DNA of 32,000 nucleotides from Acaryochloris marina S15 (GTDB lineage Bacteria; Cyanobacteriota; Cyanobacteriia; Thermosynechococcales; Thermosynechococcaceae): NCBI RefSeq assembly GCF_018336915.1, contig NZ_CP064923.1, positions 90,001 to 122,000 of the forward strand, read 5' to 3'. Shown piece by piece: positions 26,393 to 32,000 of this stretch (position 1 is its first letter; each line of letters starts with the position of its first letter). The notes under the pieces were generated by a model. It saw only the letters and a program-made list of their open reading frames with translations, ran no database searches and was not told where the DNA came from. The position numbers and the translations under genes were made by a program.

Positions 26393-26422
26393 TCCCTGGG
26401 GAGTTACCGCATTTCCCAGGGA
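26393..26422 (+). terminator. Possible terminator after fda
   Basis: tccctggg (26393-26400) pairs with cccaggga (26415-26422), followed by ttttcttc. The 14 nt loop is larger than usual. Confidence 0.4.
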
Positions 26423-26491
26423 TTTTCTTCTATATCAATGACCTGCGAAAGACTCAATACACCGTTTCACCTTTTATGTTGAGAAGTTACC

Positions 26492-26965
26492 ATGACCCAT
26501 ATTATCAATACGATTTTTGGATTTCTGGGGGGCACCATTTTAGCGGTTGAAGGTGGCTATAAAGTATTGCCCCAAACGGCATCTGCAAGAATCTTTGGTC
26601 GCCTTGCAGATGCGAAATGGTTTTTGGCACTTCAGTGGTGTGACAAATGGTCAACTCCAGCCGGGATTTTGACGAATGTCAGCCAAATTCCATTTCATAA
26701 TGAACAAGCCCTAACCTTGGGGGCAGATGTGTTTATTCCACTGGACTATCGATCGGCTATTTTTAAACTCTGTTTGCCTTTGGCCCCGTTAGAAACTGCT
26801 CGGTACAATCTGCCAGTGGAGTATAGTACGGCCTGTCGTACCCTCGAAATTCAAGGCATTGAAATTGACCCTCGCTATGGCAAGGTGGCCTTGGTCCGAG
26901 AGTGTAGTGGGAAAGGTTCTGCAGTTGCGATGGCCGAAGGCCGGTCGGAGACCATCGCAGTTTAG
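26492..26965 (+). CDS. Hypothetical protein (157 aa)
   Basis: A clean ATG ORF with one N-terminal hydrophobic segment (IINTIFGFLGGTILAV). I recognise no family. Confidence 0.5.
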   Translation: MTHIINTIFGFLGGTILAVEGGYKVLPQTASARIFGRLADAKWFLALQWCDKWSTPAGILTNVSQIPFHNEQALTLGADVFIPLDYRSAIFKLCLPLAPLETARYNLPVEYSTACRTLEIQGIEIDPRYGKVALVRECSGKGSAVAMAEGRSETIAV

Positions 26966-27317
26966 TCTACACACCCCTAAAGTCATGTGTCGGCAGAATA
27001 AGACTTCTGGAATCACTCTGATTGAGAGATACGTGAGTGCGATCGCAACCGCACTTTTTGGCATCATCATCTTCAGTCAGGTGAAGCATGGAGAAATAAG
27101 TCAGAATCAGTGTCCATACATTCCGAGTTCAGCTTCAAGTGTCTGAGCATTTATTTGAAAAGCGGTCATAGAAGCGGAAAAGTCAACAGTTTTTCATCAC
27201 GAATTTAGCAGCTTTAGAGCATTGCCCATCAGGGTATAGGTCAGCCGTCTACTACTTTCTTCAATACCTTTTCTCGTTTCTTTCCATGGACTAGAGGCAC
27301 CCAAACTGGAGGTTCAT

Positions 27318-28190
27318 ATGCCATCTACCCAGTCTGTTAGAGCAACACAACTCAGAGGCGTTCCTGAGACTTTAATGATTACTCTTTATGCTCGCGCCAT
27401 TGAAAATCAGCAGACAAACTCTATCCTTCACGATGCCAAGGCAGTAGAAATTATCCAGCAGCTCGATTACGACTTTTCCAAGTTTAAGCAAGGGTGGTCT
27501 TCGCAATTAGCATGCGTGATCCGAGCAGGACAGATGGATCGAATGGTTCAGAATTTTATCAAGACTCATCCCTATGCAGTGATTGTCAATTTGGGGGCTG
27601 GCTTATGTACCCGGTTCTCACGGTTGCAAACGGCCCATGTCCATTGGTATGACGTTGATTTTCCCGAGGTCATTGATCTGCGACGACAGGTATTTGAAGC
27701 TTGTGATAGCTGTAGCCAAGACGGAAGTGATAACAACCATTTAATCGCTAAATCCATCTTGGACTTTTCCTGGATGGATGAGATTGATCGTGAGTCTAAA
27801 CAACCAATGATGATCATCTATGAGGGGGTTGCCATGTATCTCACAGCAGCGGAAAATCAAGCCCTCTTACAGCACATTCAAACCCGATTCGGCTCCATTG
27901 AAGTTTTATTCGATGTCATTAGTCAACGGGTTGCCCGCAGTACTTCAACCCATGACACAGTGTCCAAAACCAGTGCTGGATTTAAATGGGGAATCAACCA
28001 ATCCCTAGATCTAGAACGTTGGGGTCCAGGCTTTATCCTCAAGCGGGAAGAGTTTTATCTGCAGCACTTTTTGGATGATCTACAGCGATTGCCAACGACT
28101 TGGCGATTGATTAGCCAAATATTGCCATCATTGCCAATCATGCTGTTCAAGAATTCAGGACGAATAGTCGGTCTCCAAGTTGGGCTTTAG
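27318..28190 (+). CDS. Class I SAM-dependent methyltransferase (TcmP / leucine carboxyl methyltransferase-like family)
   Basis: 290 aa. Supporting motifs are RGVPETLMITLYARAIE, motif I VIVNLGAGLCTRF, the acidic motif WYDVDFPEVIDLR, and IIYEGVAMYLT. Confidence 0.8.
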   Translation: MPSTQSVRATQLRGVPETLMITLYARAIENQQTNSILHDAKAVEIIQQLDYDFSKFKQGWSSQLACVIRAGQMDRMVQNFIKTHPYAVIVNLGAGLCTRFSRLQTAHVHWYDVDFPEVIDLRRQVFEACDSCSQDGSDNNHLIAKSILDFSWMDEIDRESKQPMMIIYEGVAMYLTAAENQALLQHIQTRFGSIEVLFDVISQRVARSTSTHDTVSKTSAGFKWGINQSLDLERWGPGFILKREEFYLQHFLDDLQRLPTTWRLISQILPSLPIMLFKNSGRIVGLQVGL

Positions 28191-28315
28191 GAACCCCATT
28201 AGACGGGCAACAACATACTGTCCCAAGACTTCAATATTTTTGGCATCCGTCCTGCAGTGATCACACAGCACTACGGCCCAGAGTTCTTTTGAAGGAACAA
28301 GAGCACAATGGAGTA

Positions 28316-28981
28316 TCAATCAGTCCATCGCCGTAATAAGTTGGTGTAGCTTTTTGTAATCCAGTTAAACTCTGTGTTTTTACCATCCTTCGCGAAAATA
28401 GATCGTCGAGCTTGATCCAGGTCAAACAATATTTCTCGTTTTGCGGGATCACGCACTAAACTTTGAACCCAGGCCACAGCAACCAACCTGACTCCGCTTT
28501 TGACTGGATTAATTCGATGCAGCGTAGAGGAAGGATAGATGATGACTGAACCCGCTTCCAATTTGATTAGTCGATTTTGACTGACCTCTTCAATCACCAG
28601 TTCACCCCCTTCGTAGTCTGAAGGTGAGTTTAAAAATAGGGTTAAAGAGACATCAGAACGGAGAGAATTTCCACTCATTAACGCGTTATCTACATGGGCC
28701 CCATAAGACATACCAGCCTCATATCGGCTAATCAGAATGGAATGTATCGCTTTAGGCTTAACTGCTGACTGAAAGGTCAGGTTATCTTTTAACGTTACTT
28801 TGATCTTCTCTTTAATGTCCTGCGCATACTCTGCTTTTGTACTGAGCTGCGTATTTTGCTTAACATGCTTTGCTGCCCAGCCAGCCGTCTTCTTGCCGTC
28901 GATAAAATCTTCTGGCTTCAAGGGGGAGACGATTGTATCTAACTCCTCTGATGAGAGCAGGTTGGGAATAGATAAGAGCAT
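28316..28981 (-). CDS. piuC: PKHD-type Fe(II)/2-oxoglutarate hydroxylase (PiuC/YbiX family)
   Basis: The start is taken at ATG 28981 (MLLSIPNLLSSEEL, typical family N-terminus); the track start at 28993 is TTG. The HxD...H triad is in GAHVDNA and SSTLHRINPV, the Arg is in GVRLVAVAW, and the family tail is VRDPAKREILFDLD. Confidence 0.88.
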   Translation of the reverse strand: MLLSIPNLLSSEELDTIVSPLKPEDFIDGKKTAGWAAKHVKQNTQLSTKAEYAQDIKEKIKVTLKDNLTFQSAVKPKAIHSILISRYEAGMSYGAHVDNALMSGNSLRSDVSLTLFLNSPSDYEGGELVIEEVSQNRLIKLEAGSVIIYPSSTLHRINPVKSGVRLVAVAWVQSLVRDPAKREILFDLDQARRSIFAKDGKNTEFNWITKSYTNLLRRWTD

Positions 28982-29270
28982 TCCAGGATTCAAAAATGAT
29001 GGGTTGTCTAAATAGCTTTATTGCGAATGAGCGCTTTAGCACTACTCATTCGCCAATGAGCTTGTGGGCACATGACTTTATATCTGTAGACCTGCAGAAA
29101 ATTATATACAGAAATCCGACCTAGATGAAAATTACTTTCAATAAATTTAAAGTGCAGGTAGTAACCCTTGAAAACTACTCAGATCAGTACGTTAAGCAAT
29201 CATGGACAGCATCATTTTTGCGTAAGGGTGAAGAAAATACTCTTGATATACCTGATATAAGTATTGTTTT

Positions 29271-29297
29271 TGATTAATGAGAATATTGTTATTTATT
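29271..29297. promoter_or_regulatory. Iron-box-like motif in the AT-rich region between piuC-like and the RTX gene
   Basis: The sequence is tgattaatgagaatattgttatttatt. A second half site, gtattctcaataag, lies at 29445-29458. Confidence 0.35.
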
Positions 29298-29520
29298 CAA
29301 ACTTAGCTTAACTCCAGCTCAATATAAGTTTGTATCCTGAAACTATCGTTAAATATGAATTACAAGCTATTGATTCTAAATATATGCTCTATTTTATTTG
29401 AGAAGAAGATTCTTTAAAGATATATATAAAGGCTACAGCTGAATGTATTCTCAATAAGCTTGAATGACTTATGCGATTTCATTGGTATTTCAGCATTATC
29501 GATTGACTATTGAATATTAA

Positions 29521-32000
<2,480 letters not shown>

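Overview
The window looks like a cyanobacterial iron-limitation island. Supporting the origin are five perfect HIP1 GCGATCGC sites (274, 1034, 7606, 19311, 27039), IsiA/Pcb-type antenna genes and plastocyanin. The left 19.5 kb holds two paralogous minus-strand ferric-siderophore uptake clusters (AraC regulator, AMIN-domain TonB-dependent receptor, periplasmic binding protein, FecCD permeases, ABC ATPase). Each cluster is damaged differently. An IS630 element splits receptor 1, a TGG->TGA nonsense codon interrupts binding protein 2, and a third permease copy has decayed to a ghost next to a duplicated ~240 bp promoter region. An IS6-family remnant sits at the duplication breakpoint. Between the clusters lie a thioredoxin-reductase homolog lacking the NADPH-binding motifs, an alpha/beta hydrolase and an orphan gene. 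The middle carries two tandem IsiA/Pcb genes plus an orphan helix-VI fragment, petE, class I (metal-independent) fructose-bisphosphate aldolase, a methyltransferase, a PiuC-like hydroxylase and several orphans. A near-identical palindrome, ATTGAGAATTAGTCTCAAT, precedes three unrelated genes, and ATTCTCAA-type half sites recur in other intergenic regions. The right end is the 5' part (820 codons, absent from the ORF track) of an RTX calcium-binding repeat protein. Its near-identical ~0.7 kb modules are interrupted by six (Gly-Glu-Ser)n tracts. No tRNA, rRNA or CRISPR array was seen. All coordinates and motif counts were made by eye.
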